Assembly (NCBI GenBank): GCA_045114455.1
Contig: JBGUKN010000024.1
Location: 3,904-67,903, forward strand
Source of the DNA: Victivallales bacterium
Lineage (GTDB): Bacteria; Verrucomicrobiota; Lentisphaeria; Victivallales; UBA1829
Reading direction: 5' to 3'
Length of the DNA stretch: 64,000 bases
The notes under the pieces are model-generated. The model was not told the DNA's origin, did not search any database, and saw only the letters and a program-made list of their open reading frames with translations. Position 1 is the first letter of the stretch. Every line of letters begins with the position of its first letter. Below are positions 38,625 to 47,965 of this stretch, piece after piece. The position numbers were made by a program, and so were the translations under genes.

Positions 38625-40321
38625 AGTTTCTGCGCGAGGTCCGGCAGACCCTGCCGTCCGGCTCTCGGCTTACCGCGGCCGGGCTGGCGGCAATGATGGT
38701 CGTTTCGGCTCTTCTTGAGCTTGCGGCGCTTGCTTTGGTAATGCCCGTGGCCTCGGCGCTCGCGGCGCCCGAGCTTTTGGATTCCAACCGCTGGCTTCAT
38801 GCCTTTTACGAATTTGCCGCGCCGTCGTCCCGCGGGGCGTTCATCCTGGAATCCGTCGCGGTCCTCACGCTTTTCTTCATCGTCAAGAACATATTTGCGT
38901 TCGTGCTGACGAAGTGCCAGAACCGGTTCTGCCGCGATCTTTCCGTCAACCTGGCCGGACGGCTTTACCGTACCTACATGCGCGCGGACTACACCTTCCA
39001 TCTGGAGCATGGCGCATCGGAGCTGATCGGGCGCATCATGCAGATGCGCGAGGTAGCGGAAGTCCTTCTGATGCCGCTTCTGCTGGCGCTTTCGGAGGCG
39101 GTCGTTTTCCTGTCGGTTCTGGCCGTGATCTTCGTGCTCGTGCCGAAAGTCGCGCTGGCGGCGTTCCTCGTCTGCGGCACGGTCGTGCTGGTGTTTCACA
39201 AGCTCTTCAAGCGCATTCTGGACGCGGCCTCGAAGAAGCTCTTCGCGGCGAACGGCGAATCGACGCGGACCATGAACCAGAGCTTCGCCGCGATCCGCGA
39301 GGTGAAACTGACCGGAAGCGAAGCGTATTTCGGCAGGCGTCTGGAACAGGCGCAGTTCAATATCGTGAACGCGGTCAAGATCCGGCACGATCTGGGGCAG
39401 CTCCCCCGTTTTTCCCTCGAAGTCTTTGTCGTCGCCGCTGCGGGCGGAATGATCGCCGTCCTGACCTGGATGGGCATGCCGTCGTCCCGCCTGATCCTGT
39501 ACGCGGCGTTCTTTCTTGCGGCGATGTTCCGCCTGATCCCGTCGATCTCGCGCATGCAGTACAACCTGATCCTGGTGCGCGGGATGCTGTATGTGTTTGA
39601 ACGTCTCGACAGTGACTTGAACTCGATCCCCGCGGAAAACATCCTGCCCGCCCTGGACGCCCCGGAACTGCGTTTTGACCGTGAACTGGCCGTGGAGCAC
39701 GTCACGTTCCGCTACGGGCAGGATCGTCCGGCGGTGCTCAAGGATTTCAGCATGTCCGTGAAGCGTCTGGAATGCGTGGCTGTTGTCGGTCCTACGGGCG
39801 GCGGCAAGTCGACGCTGATCGACCTCGTGATGGGGTTCCTGAAGCCGGAATCCGGCCGCGTGGCAGTCGACGGGACCGACATTCGCGAAAACCTGCGTTC
39901 GTGGCGCGGCCGCATCGGCTATGTGCCGCAGAATATCTGCATTTTCGACGACACGGTCCGCGCAAACGTGGCGTTCGGTGTCGAACCGGAGCAGATCGAC
40001 GACGCACGCGTCAGGAAGGCGCTGGAACTGGCGCAGATCGCGGATTTCGTGGAATCCCTCCCCGACAAAGTGAACACGCGCCTCGGCGAATTCGGCGCGC
40101 GGATCTCCGGTGGACAGAAACAGCGCATCGCGATCGCGCGCGCGTTATACACCGAACCGGAGCTTCTGATCCTCGATGAGGCTACGAGCGCGCTCGACGA
40201 CGACACGGAGGCCGCACTGATCGACGCCCTGAATTCCCTGAAGGGCAAGCTCACGATCCTGATGATCGCGCACCGTGCCGGAAGCATCCGGCATTGCGAC
40301 CGCCGGATCGAGCTTAACTGA
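38618..40321 (+). CDS. ABC exporter, fused permease/ATPase (MsbA-like)
   Basis: Six TM segments are followed by Walker A GPTGGGKST, the signature ISGGQKQRIAIARAL and Walker B LILDEATSALD. Confidence 0.9.
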   Translation: MLKFLREVRQTLPSGSRLTAAGLAAMMVVSALLELAALALVMPVASALAAPELLDSNRWLHAFYEFAAPSSRGAFILESVAVLTLFFIVKNIFAFVLTKCQNRFCRDLSVNLAGRLYRTYMRADYTFHLEHGASELIGRIMQMREVAEVLLMPLLLALSEAVVFLSVLAVIFVLVPKVALAAFLVCGTVVLVFHKLFKRILDAASKKLFAANGESTRTMNQSFAAIREVKLTGSEAYFGRRLEQAQFNIVNAVKIRHDLGQLPRFSLEVFVVAAAGGMIAVLTWMGMPSSRLILYAAFFLAAMFRLIPSISRMQYNLILVRGMLYVFERLDSDLNSIPAENILPALDAPELRFDRELAVEHVTFRYGQDRPAVLKDFSMSVKRLECVAVVGPTGGGKSTLIDLVMGFLKPESGRVAVDGTDIRENLRSWRGRIGYVPQNICIFDDTVRANVAFGVEPEQIDDARVRKALELAQIADFVESLPDKVNTRLGEFGARISGGQKQRIAIARALYTEPELLILDEATSALDDDTEAALIDALNSLKGKLTILMIAHRAGSIRHCDRRIELN

Positions 40322-40329
40322 CCGCGCCG

Positions 40330-41445
40330 TCAGCGTTTTTCCAAAATGTCCGCGAACACGCGGGCGCGCGAGCAGAAATCCTCTTTTTGCGCGTAGGCGA
40401 GCGTCTTTTTTTTCAGTTCGTCCAGACGCGGGAGCATGTCCGAAAGCATGTTCGCCAGTGCGTCCTGCCTGAACGGGCTTTCCAGCACGGTCCCCGTCGC
40501 GTTCTTTACGAAAGGTGCAAATCCGCAGATGTCCGTCGTGAGCACGGGCAGCCCGGCCGCCAGCGCCTCGATCAGGGCCGACCCGGCGGATTCGTTTCGG
40601 GCGGGATGCAGGAAGAGATCGGCGCCGAGCATGAAATCGCGTACGCCGTCTGTCTGTCCGAACCGGATCGACTGTCCGGCAAGCCCGGCTTCGGCGAGGC
40701 CGGTCAGGATTTCATCGGGGAGTTTGCCGACTAACCAGAGACGGATCCTGTTTTTTACGGCTTCCGGCAGAGCTGCGACGGCGGCGATGGCGCGGTCGGT
40801 TCCCTTGTTGTAAATGCTGTTCGAAACGAGGAGGATGACCGTGTCCTGTGCTGTTGCCCCGTTTGAACTGCGGACTCTTGCGCGGATCGTTTCCGCTTCA
40901 GGTTCCGGCGGACGGCGGCAGGCAGGGTCCATGCCGGGCGGCAGCAGGAACATCCTCTCCGGCTCCGTTCCGTAGGCGGCGGCGTAGTCGCGCATCTGCG
41001 CTGCGGCGACGCAGGCGATGCGCGTGCGGGACGGCGGGGCGACGACGGCGCGTTCCAGCCGCAGATAGGCCGCGTAGCGCGGATTGAACCGCAGTGCGAA
41101 CGCCGAATGAAGTTTTTTCCAGTAGACCTTCATGCAGACATCGGCGGCGAAGTAGAAATCCGCACCGGGAATGCGGCTCATCGCCACGGAGACGTCGAAG
41201 TCGCGCCGTTCGAGGCGCTTCCGGAATGCCTTGGCGAATTTCACCATATTTGCGTGGTTGGACCGCAGTTTCGAGGAGGGAACGAGTTCGATTGAAGCCC
41301 CGGCGGGCGGTTCCGGCCCGTCCCACGCGGTCGTGAGGACGATGACCTCATGGCCGCGTCCGGTGAGTTCCTGAAGCAGGCGCAGCGTGTCGCGCTGAAG
41401 TCCGCCGAAGGGGTCGTATTTGTAAATCGCGAGCAGGAATTTCAT
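40330..41445 (-). CDS. Glycosyltransferase family 4 (WaaG/RfaG-like)
   Basis: MKFLLAIYKYDPFGGLQRD and the EX7E motif ESAGSALIEALAAGLPVL. Confidence 0.8.
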   Translation of the reverse strand: MKFLLAIYKYDPFGGLQRDTLRLLQELTGRGHEVIVLTTAWDGPEPPAGASIELVPSSKLRSNHANMVKFAKAFRKRLERRDFDVSVAMSRIPGADFYFAADVCMKVYWKKLHSAFALRFNPRYAAYLRLERAVVAPPSRTRIACVAAAQMRDYAAAYGTEPERMFLLPPGMDPACRRPPEPEAETIRARVRSSNGATAQDTVILLVSNSIYNKGTDRAIAAVAALPEAVKNRIRLWLVGKLPDEILTGLAEAGLAGQSIRFGQTDGVRDFMLGADLFLHPARNESAGSALIEALAAGLPVLTTDICGFAPFVKNATGTVLESPFRQDALANMLSDMLPRLDELKKKTLAYAQKEDFCSRARVFADILEKR

Positions 41446-42515
41446 GGTTTGCCTCCGGGAAAGGAATCGGGGTCGAGGGCGAGATTGAGCGCGGCTTTGA
41501 ACGCGCTGGGAATGGCTGTTTCCGAGCGGAGATCGTCACGCGTAACCCACTCGAAGCCTTCGGGCGGGTCGTCGGTCTCGGCGAGATACAGCGTCATGTC
41601 CCACTCCACATGGGTGAAGACGTGCCGCGCCGTGCCGGATTTCTTGATCCTGACGGCCCGGAAGGCCTTTTTCAGTGCGGCTTCGCCTGGCTGCCCCTCC
41701 AGGTTGGGAAACTCGTAAAGACCCGCCAGAAGCCCCGTTTCCGGTCTCCGCCGCACCGCAAACCGTCCGCCCCTGTCCCGCAGGACGACCACTGCGAATT
41801 CCTTCACGGGACGCGTCGCCTTAACTTTGCGGACGGGTATTTCGTCCGTGAGGCCGTTCTTCGACGCCAGGCAGATGCCCGCGAGCGGACAAACGGCGCA
41901 GAGCGGCGCGCCGTTCGGCAGGCAGACGGTCGCGCCGAGTTCCATCAGGCTCTGCGTGAATTCGCTGCACCGCCCCGCGGGATACACGGCGGCGAGCGCG
42001 CCGGTCAGCTCCCTGCGTATCTTCGGAGAATCGATGTCCTTGCGGCTGGCGGCCAGGCGCGATACGACGCGCAGGACGTTGCCGTCGACCGCCGGGAACG
42101 GTTTCCCGAAGGCGATGGAGAGGATGGCTCCGGCGGTGTAGTCGCCGATGCCGGGCAGGCCCCGCACGCCGTCGTAATCGGACGGAAAGACGCCGCCGTG
42201 CTCCTGCACGATCTTCTTCGCCGCGGCCTGAAGGTTGCGGGCGCGCCGGTAGTAACCGAGCCCCTCCCAGAGCTTGAAGAGGCGCGCTTCATCGGCCGCG
42301 GCGAGTGCGGCGACGTCCGGGAATTCGGACAAAAATCTGTCGTAGTACGGCTTGACCGCCTCGACGCGCGTCTGCTGGAGCATGATCTCGGAGACCCACA
42401 CGCGGTAGGGCGTCGGGTCGTTGCGCCATTCCAGGTCGCGTTTCGCGCGGAGGAACCACGGCACGAGGCGCCCGGGCAGCTGCGCGAGGAGTTCGGCGGG
42501 GAAATGATCGCTCAT
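41442..42515 (-). CDS. mutY: A/G-specific adenine DNA glycosylase
   Basis: PYRVWVSEIMLQQTRV, the HhH-GPD motif LPGIGDYTAGAILSIAF, the Fe-S Cys cluster CLPNGAPLCAVCPLAGIC and a NUDIX-like C-terminus. Start is ATG 42515. Both ends overlap neighbouring genes as ATGA. Confidence 0.92.
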   Translation of the reverse strand: MSDHFPAELLAQLPGRLVPWFLRAKRDLEWRNDPTPYRVWVSEIMLQQTRVEAVKPYYDRFLSEFPDVAALAAADEARLFKLWEGLGYYRRARNLQAAAKKIVQEHGGVFPSDYDGVRGLPGIGDYTAGAILSIAFGKPFPAVDGNVLRVVSRLAASRKDIDSPKIRRELTGALAAVYPAGRCSEFTQSLMELGATVCLPNGAPLCAVCPLAGICLASKNGLTDEIPVRKVKATRPVKEFAVVVLRDRGGRFAVRRRPETGLLAGLYEFPNLEGQPGEAALKKAFRAVRIKKSGTARHVFTHVEWDMTLYLAETDDPPEGFEWVTRDDLRSETAIPSAFKAALNLALDPDSFPGGKP

Positions 42516-43765
42516 GGCAGTTTCTCCGCGTAAAGGCATTTCAGGTAGTGCGATTCCGGGAACAGCGCCGGATGGTCGGCTGTATGTCCGGTTCGGGCGA
42601 GCTCGCGGACGTGCGTATGGCCGAGTACGGCCGGGAAAAAGTCGTCGGCGGAGACGCGGCTGGAACACGACGCGAAGACGAGCGTGCCGCCGGGTTTGAG
42701 CAGGGAATCCGCGAGCGCGGCCAGCCTCGCGTAGGAATGCAGCGCGCGGTCGTGTTCGGCGGCGGATTTCGCGAAGGACGGCGGATCCACGATCACGAGC
42801 CCGAACCAGCGTTTCGCCCGCGCGAGGTCGTGCATGACTTCGAACGCGTCCCCGACGATGCCTTCATGATTGCATCGGCGGACGTTCAGATGCGTCGAAT
42901 TGAGCTCGAAATGCCGAGTGCATGCGGCGATGGCGTGTTTGTCTGCGTCCACGCTGCATACGCTCGTCGCGCCGCCCCGCGCCGCATACAGCGAGAACCC
43001 GCCGGAAAACGAAAAGACGTTCAGCACGTCGCGTCCGGCGGACATCGTGCCGACGCGGGCGCGGTTGTCCCTTTGGTCGAGGAAGAACCCGGTTTTCTGC
43101 CCGCGGATCACGTCCGCCTCGAAAACCAGGCCGTTCTCCTGAAAACGAACGGGATTCGCGAACGCTTCGGGCTTCGCCGTGAAGACGACCGCGGGTTCCG
43201 GGAAAAACTGACGGACGAACGGGCTGTCTTCCAGCGCGCGGGAAAGCCGGATCACGCAGTGGACGAGTCCGGGATTCGCCGCAAAAAAGGCGTCGGCGAC
43301 GTCGCCCGCCCACGGCACGAACGCCTCGGAATAGAGTTTCACGACGAGCGTGTCGGCGTACCGGTCGGCGACGAGCCCGGGGAATCCGTCGCTTTCGCCG
43401 TTGGCGAGACGGAACGCCGTGGTTTCGGGCGGAACGGCGCCCGCGCGGACTGCGGCGGCGTCGGCGGCGAGTTTCGCGAAGAGCGCGGATCCGACCGGAA
43501 GCTGCGAGGTATCCTTTTGCAGGATGCGCACGCGGAGCTGGGAACGCGGATCGCAGAGGCCTGCGCCGAGGATCTTCTTTCCGTCCGGATCGTACAGGAC
43601 CGCCACGTCTCCGGGCGCGGCGTCGGGCGGCGCTTTCTTCACGGAATCCTCGAACAGCCACGGATGCCCCGAACGGATCGCGGGCACTGCCTTCTGTTTG
43701 ACGCGCACGGCGATACGGCGCGGCGCGGTCTGGCGCGGGAGGGATTCTGGAGGACGTATGAGCAT
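42512..43765 (-). CDS. rlmI: RlmI-type (PUA + class I SAM) 23S rRNA m5C methyltransferase
   Basis: KAVPAIRSGHPWLFEDSV (PUA-like), GLVADRYADTLVV, QKTGFFLDQRDNR, VIVDPPSFAKS. Start is ATG 43765. Confidence 0.75.
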   Translation of the reverse strand: MLIRPPESLPRQTAPRRIAVRVKQKAVPAIRSGHPWLFEDSVKKAPPDAAPGDVAVLYDPDGKKILGAGLCDPRSQLRVRILQKDTSQLPVGSALFAKLAADAAAVRAGAVPPETTAFRLANGESDGFPGLVADRYADTLVVKLYSEAFVPWAGDVADAFFAANPGLVHCVIRLSRALEDSPFVRQFFPEPAVVFTAKPEAFANPVRFQENGLVFEADVIRGQKTGFFLDQRDNRARVGTMSAGRDVLNVFSFSGGFSLYAARGGATSVCSVDADKHAIAACTRHFELNSTHLNVRRCNHEGIVGDAFEVMHDLARAKRWFGLVIVDPPSFAKSAAEHDRALHSYARLAALADSLLKPGGTLVFASCSSRVSADDFFPAVLGHTHVRELARTGHTADHPALFPESHYLKCLYAEKLP

Positions 43766-43793
43766 GGCGGGCGGAGAAGGCAAAATGCAGGGG

Positions 43794-44672
43794 TCAGTTG
43801 CGGAGACGCGCGAAGAGTCCGGCGGGGAGCGCACGGTCCGGCGCAGAAGTTTCGGGGATAAGCATTTCGCCGGATTCGACCTGCGCGGCGAAGTCCGGGA
43901 ACGCCTGTTTCAGCATACGTCCGAGGGAGAACGCGGAGAATCCGGGCGAATGGCATGTGAGGAGGATGAAGAACCGGCCCGAGGTGTCGAGGATGGCGCG
44001 GACGGACGCGAGCAGGTCGGCGATGTCGGATTCGATCTTCCAGACCTGGCCTTGCGCGCCGCGTCCGAACGACGGCGGATCGAGCACGATGCCGCGGTAT
44101 TTGTGCCCGCGGCGCTGTTCGCGCGCGACGAACTTCATGGCGTCGTCGCAGATCCAGCGTATCTTTCCCTTGAGGTCGTTGTTGAGCGTCTGGTTCTTGT
44201 TCGCCCAGTCGATGATGCCGCGCGAGGCGTCCAGATGGCAGGCGTTCGCGCCGCCCTGCGCCATCGCGAACGTAGCGCCGCCGGAATAGGCGAAGAGGTT
44301 GAGGGTGTCGGAGTCCGCGGGCAAAAGCGCGGAGGATTCGCGGAGCCACGCCCAGTTTCCGATCTGTTCGGCGAAGAACCCGAGGTGGCCGAAATGGGTC
44401 GGCTTGACCAGGAAATTGACCTCGCCCCAGCGCACGATCCATTTCCCCTCGTCCGGCTGGCGCAGGCCGCGTTTCCACGTCCACACGCCGCCGCCCGTGC
44501 TCTGCCGTTCGAACACGGCGTCCGCGGCGTTCCATTCCTTGTCGGGCAGCGTGGGCCGCCAGAAGGCGTTGAGAGCGGGCCGGATGATCCGGTAAGGGCC
44601 GACCTGTTCGAGCTTGCGGCAGGAGCCGGTGTCGAGGAGGAGATAAGGGAGGATGTTCGGGGTGCTGTTCAT
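43794..44672 (-). CDS. Class I SAM-dependent methyltransferase (RlmK/RlmI catalytic-domain paralog, no PUA domain)
   Basis: KPTHFGHLGFFAEQ, LNLFAYSGGATFAMA, IVLDPPSFGRG. Confidence 0.75.
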   Translation of the reverse strand: MNSTPNILPYLLLDTGSCRKLEQVGPYRIIRPALNAFWRPTLPDKEWNAADAVFERQSTGGGVWTWKRGLRQPDEGKWIVRWGEVNFLVKPTHFGHLGFFAEQIGNWAWLRESSALLPADSDTLNLFAYSGGATFAMAQGGANACHLDASRGIIDWANKNQTLNNDLKGKIRWICDDAMKFVAREQRRGHKYRGIVLDPPSFGRGAQGQVWKIESDIADLLASVRAILDTSGRFFILLTCHSPGFSAFSLGRMLKQAFPDFAAQVESGEMLIPETSAPDRALPAGLFARLRN

Positions 44673-44681
44673 GGGATCGGA

Positions 44682-45851
44682 TCAGAGGTCTGGATTTTCG
44701 GAGTCGTAGATGATGTTGCCGCGGGAGACGGTCATGCGGACGCGGTTGGTCTTCGTGTCGAGGATCGTGATGTCGGCGCGCTTGCCGGGGCGGAGCTCGC
44801 CGCGCGTGATGAGGCCGAGATCCTTTGCCGGGTTGGTGGAGATGCAGGCGGCGGCGAGGGATGCGTTCATGTTGCCGTAGCTGAGGAGGTGGAGCCAGGA
44901 GTTTTCGAGGGTCATGGTGGAGCCCGAGATCACGCCGTCGCCCGTGCGGATGATCTCCGGCTGGGCGTCCGTTTCGGGACCGTGGTCCAGGATTACGGCG
45001 TTGCTGATGACGACGATCTTGTCCGCGGGCTTGCAGCGGACGATCATGTTCACGATGGTCGGATGAAGGTGGAGGCCGTCGACGATGATCTCGATGGTGA
45101 CGCGGTCGTCGGTGAGCGCGATCGCGGTGAGCGAGGACGACCTGTGGTAGATGGCGGGCATGGCGTTGAAGATGTAGGTGCAGCGGTGCGCGCCGGCGTC
45201 GATCGCCTTCAGCGTTTCGGATTCGGTCGCGAGGCTGTGCCCCATGGACGGGATCACGCCGTGCTCAAGCATGAGCTCGACCAGCTTGATCGCGTTCGGC
45301 ATCTCCGGCGCGAACGTCATGACCTTGATGCGGCCGCGTCCCGCCTCGAAAAGCTCACGCGCGAACCCGAGGTCGACGGGCGAGATGTTCGACGCGATCT
45401 GGTCGCCGCGCTTCTGAGGGTTGATGAACGGGCCTTCCAGGTGCATGGCCTGCGGTTCGGCATATTGGTAGCCGCTTTGGATGGACGAGCACATGGCGTC
45501 GACCTGCGCGATCATAGTCTCGCGGGGAAGCGAAACGATCGTGGGGAAGAACGTTGTGACGCCGTGCCGGGCGAGGATCCTGCTCATTTCGTGAACGGGG
45601 TCCTGCCCGCCGCTGAAGTCCGGCATCACGTTCGCCCCGAGCCCGTGGATGTGCGTGTCGATGAATCCGGGCAGGCCGTAGGCGTCCTTCAGTTTCACCA
45701 CCTGCAGGCCCGGCTCGTCCAGCGAGAACGCCGTTTCGCCGCCGATGGCGATGATGGTGTCCTTCTCGCAAAGGATGCCGCAGCTTTCGATCCGCTCGTA
45801 CGGGGTCAGGCAGTGGTCCAGCAGGAACAGAATGCGACGTTTTTTCTCCAT
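44682..45851 (-). CDS. nagA: N-acetylglucosamine-6-phosphate deacetylase
   Basis: LPGFIDTHIHG, MHLEGPFINPQKRG, TFAPE, PSMGHS, YIFNAM. Confidence 0.85.
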   Translation of the reverse strand: MEKKRRILFLLDHCLTPYERIESCGILCEKDTIIAIGGETAFSLDEPGLQVVKLKDAYGLPGFIDTHIHGLGANVMPDFSGGQDPVHEMSRILARHGVTTFFPTIVSLPRETMIAQVDAMCSSIQSGYQYAEPQAMHLEGPFINPQKRGDQIASNISPVDLGFARELFEAGRGRIKVMTFAPEMPNAIKLVELMLEHGVIPSMGHSLATESETLKAIDAGAHRCTYIFNAMPAIYHRSSSLTAIALTDDRVTIEIIVDGLHLHPTIVNMIVRCKPADKIVVISNAVILDHGPETDAQPEIIRTGDGVISGSTMTLENSWLHLLSYGNMNASLAAACISTNPAKDLGLITRGELRPGKRADITILDTKTNRVRMTVSRGNIIYDSENPDL

Positions 45852-46514
45852 AATAGTATGCTCCGTGAAAAAAAAGTGATACCATAATATGCACCCGAAA
45901 TAATTTTTTTCAACATGAAATCAACAGGATACGGCAAAACTCCGAAAAATCCTCCGTTTTCGACTTGCTAAATCGGAAAAATGGTGCAAATTAAAGATAG
46001 CGTTCTTCGCGATTCCGGCCCCGAAACGGCCGTTTCCCTCCGCATCCCCGCCATGGCATCCCTGTGATGTTGCGTGCCGGTCCGGCAGGGCATGACGGTT
46101 CCGGCGACGGAACCGGGATGGATGTCCGCATTGCCTTTTTGATGCAGGATGATGACAGCGACTGTCAATAACTTGTCAACAACTTGTCAAGAGTGCTTGT
46201 ATGTCGTTGATTGACGCAGGGTTTGTCAGGGCGTCAAAAAAAGTGCGGAAAATTCGGATAATCGGCTTGATTTTTCAAAAAGTCATGCATGGTTTCCGAA
46301 TCGTCGGAACGATACAGCGCGCAAGCTCAAAACGTGGTGGAAACAGGAACCGCGGATTTCCCGCGGAAAGCCTTTTGCGCCCGTGATTTGCGGGTTGTCA
46401 GTCGTTCGGTCCGGAAAAGCCTCCGGACGGCCTTCCGCAAGGGCCGTTTCGGGGATTGTCAACAAGTTGCGGGAAAACTCTTAAACGATACGGCAAGAAC
46501 GAACGAGGAAGAAA
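45852..46514. other. Candidate chromosomal replication origin (oriC) / dnaA control region
   Basis: This 663-bp non-coding gap lies directly 5' of dnaA. The left part (45860-45990) is AT-rich. Seven copies of (T/C)TGTCA(A/G) are present. Three start at 46162, 46173 and 46184 with exact 11-bp phasing, and TTGTCAACA occurs at 46173 and 46456 (7/9 match to TTATCCACA). Gene orientation flips locally here: 40330-45851 is all minus and 46515-61202 is all plus. Confidence 0.6.
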
Positions 46515-47891
46515 ATGTCGAACGGAGAAAGCAGTGCCTCCGAAGTATGGCAGTCCGTCGCAGGATATATCAGAGCCAAGTCCGAAGACGCGTATAAACA
46601 ATGGTTCAAGAAGATGGTCCCGATCTCGGTCGATGAGAAGCAGATTGTGCTCGGCACGTCCGACAGCTTTTTCGCCACATGGGTCCTGAACAACTGCGGA
46701 GACCTTCTCAACGAGGCCCTCGCCTCCGCCGGATGCCCCGGCCTGAAAGTGGTGTTCGAGTACGGATACGGCTACGATTCCGAGGACACCGGGCTGGAGG
46801 ACCCCGAATTCGAACGGAGTACGGGCGAATCCGCGGAACCGGACGCCGAACCGGTTTCCCCCGAACTCGCGGACATGATCCGCAAGCATTCGTTCGACAA
46901 CTTCGTGGTCGGCGAGGAGAACCGCTATGCGTATTCCGCCGCGCTCGCCGCCGCCCAGAAGCCCGGCACAATCAATCCCCTGTACATCTACGGCGGGTCC
47001 GGCATGGGCAAGACGCATCTGCTGCTCGCCGTGGCGCACGAGGTGCAGGCCCACAATCCGAAGGCGCGCGTCCGTTACACTTCCTGCGAAAACTTCCTCA
47101 ACGCGTTCCTGGATTCGCTCCGCACCAAGACCATGTACGAATTCCGCGAGACCTTCCGCAATGTCGATTATCTGCTCGTCGACGACGTCCATACGCTCGG
47201 CAACAAGACCAGTTTGCAGGAAGAGTTCTTCAACACGTTCAACACGCTCTACGCCCTCGGCAAGCAGATCATTCTCACCTCCGACAAGCAGCCGTCCGAG
47301 ATCCCCGGCCTCGAAGCGCGCCTCGTTTCCCGTTTCGTCTCCGGCGTGACCACGCAGATCACGCAGTCATCCTTCGAAACGCGCCTCGCCATCCTGAAGC
47401 AGGAGCAGCAGTGCCTGCGCCTGAAGCTTGGCGACGACGTCCTGTCCTTCATCGCCGAGCGCATCTCCTCGAACATCCGCCCGCTGAAGGGCGCCCTGAT
47501 GTGCCTCTCCATGTACGCCACCGCGATGAAGAAGGAAATCGACCTGGAGGTCGCGAAGACCATCCTGTCCGACCAGCTCGAGAAAGAGGCCGAATCCCGT
47601 ACGATCTCCATCGAGGAGATCCAGAAAGCGGTCGCCGAGGAGTTCGGGCTTCAGGTCTATGAGCTCACCGGACCGAAGAAGCCGAAGAACATCGCCGAGC
47701 CGCGCATGATCGCCATGTACCTCGCCCGCAAGCTCACGACCCGGCCGCATCAGGAAATCGGACGCGCGTTCGGCGGACGCTCCCACGGCACCGTGATCCA
47801 CGCCGTGAAGCAGGTCGAGGCGAATTCGCTGAAGGACGAGGAACTGAAACGCGTCCTGAACCAGCTTCAGAGGAAACTGCGCGGCAGCTGA
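46515..47891 (+). CDS. dnaA: Chromosomal replication initiator protein DnaA
   Basis: FDNFVVGEENRYAYSAA, Walker A YIYGGSGMGKTHLL, LLVDDVH, and the C-terminal DNA-binding region IAEPRMIAMYLARKLT...GGRSHGTVIHA. Confidence 0.97.
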   Translation: MSNGESSASEVWQSVAGYIRAKSEDAYKQWFKKMVPISVDEKQIVLGTSDSFFATWVLNNCGDLLNEALASAGCPGLKVVFEYGYGYDSEDTGLEDPEFERSTGESAEPDAEPVSPELADMIRKHSFDNFVVGEENRYAYSAALAAAQKPGTINPLYIYGGSGMGKTHLLLAVAHEVQAHNPKARVRYTSCENFLNAFLDSLRTKTMYEFRETFRNVDYLLVDDVHTLGNKTSLQEEFFNTFNTLYALGKQIILTSDKQPSEIPGLEARLVSRFVSGVTTQITQSSFETRLAILKQEQQCLRLKLGDDVLSFIAERISSNIRPLKGALMCLSMYATAMKKEIDLEVAKTILSDQLEKEAESRTISIEEIQKAVAEEFGLQVYELTGPKKPKNIAEPRMIAMYLARKLTTRPHQEIGRAFGGRSHGTVIHAVKQVEANSLKDEELKRVLNQLQRKLRGS

Positions 47892-47910
47892 CGCCGCGCT
47901 TCTCTTTTTT
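47881..47910 (+). terminator. Possible rho-independent terminator after dnaA
   Basis: GCGGC-AGCTGAC-GCCGC (includes the stop codon) followed by GCTTCTCTTTTTT. Confidence 0.45.
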
Positions 47911-47965
47911 CCGAATCTTTTTTGTTGCACCTAACACACGCTCGAATCCCGAAAGGATTGAACTC

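Noticed and set aside
35670-39700. Minus-strand ORFs 35670..38105 (811 aa) and 38102..39700 (532 aa)
   Set aside because: They are antisense to accC, the Asp23 genes, the AmaP-like gene and the ABC exporter.
43350-45887. 845-aa + strand ORF
   Set aside because: It is antisense to rlmI, the second methyltransferase and nagA.
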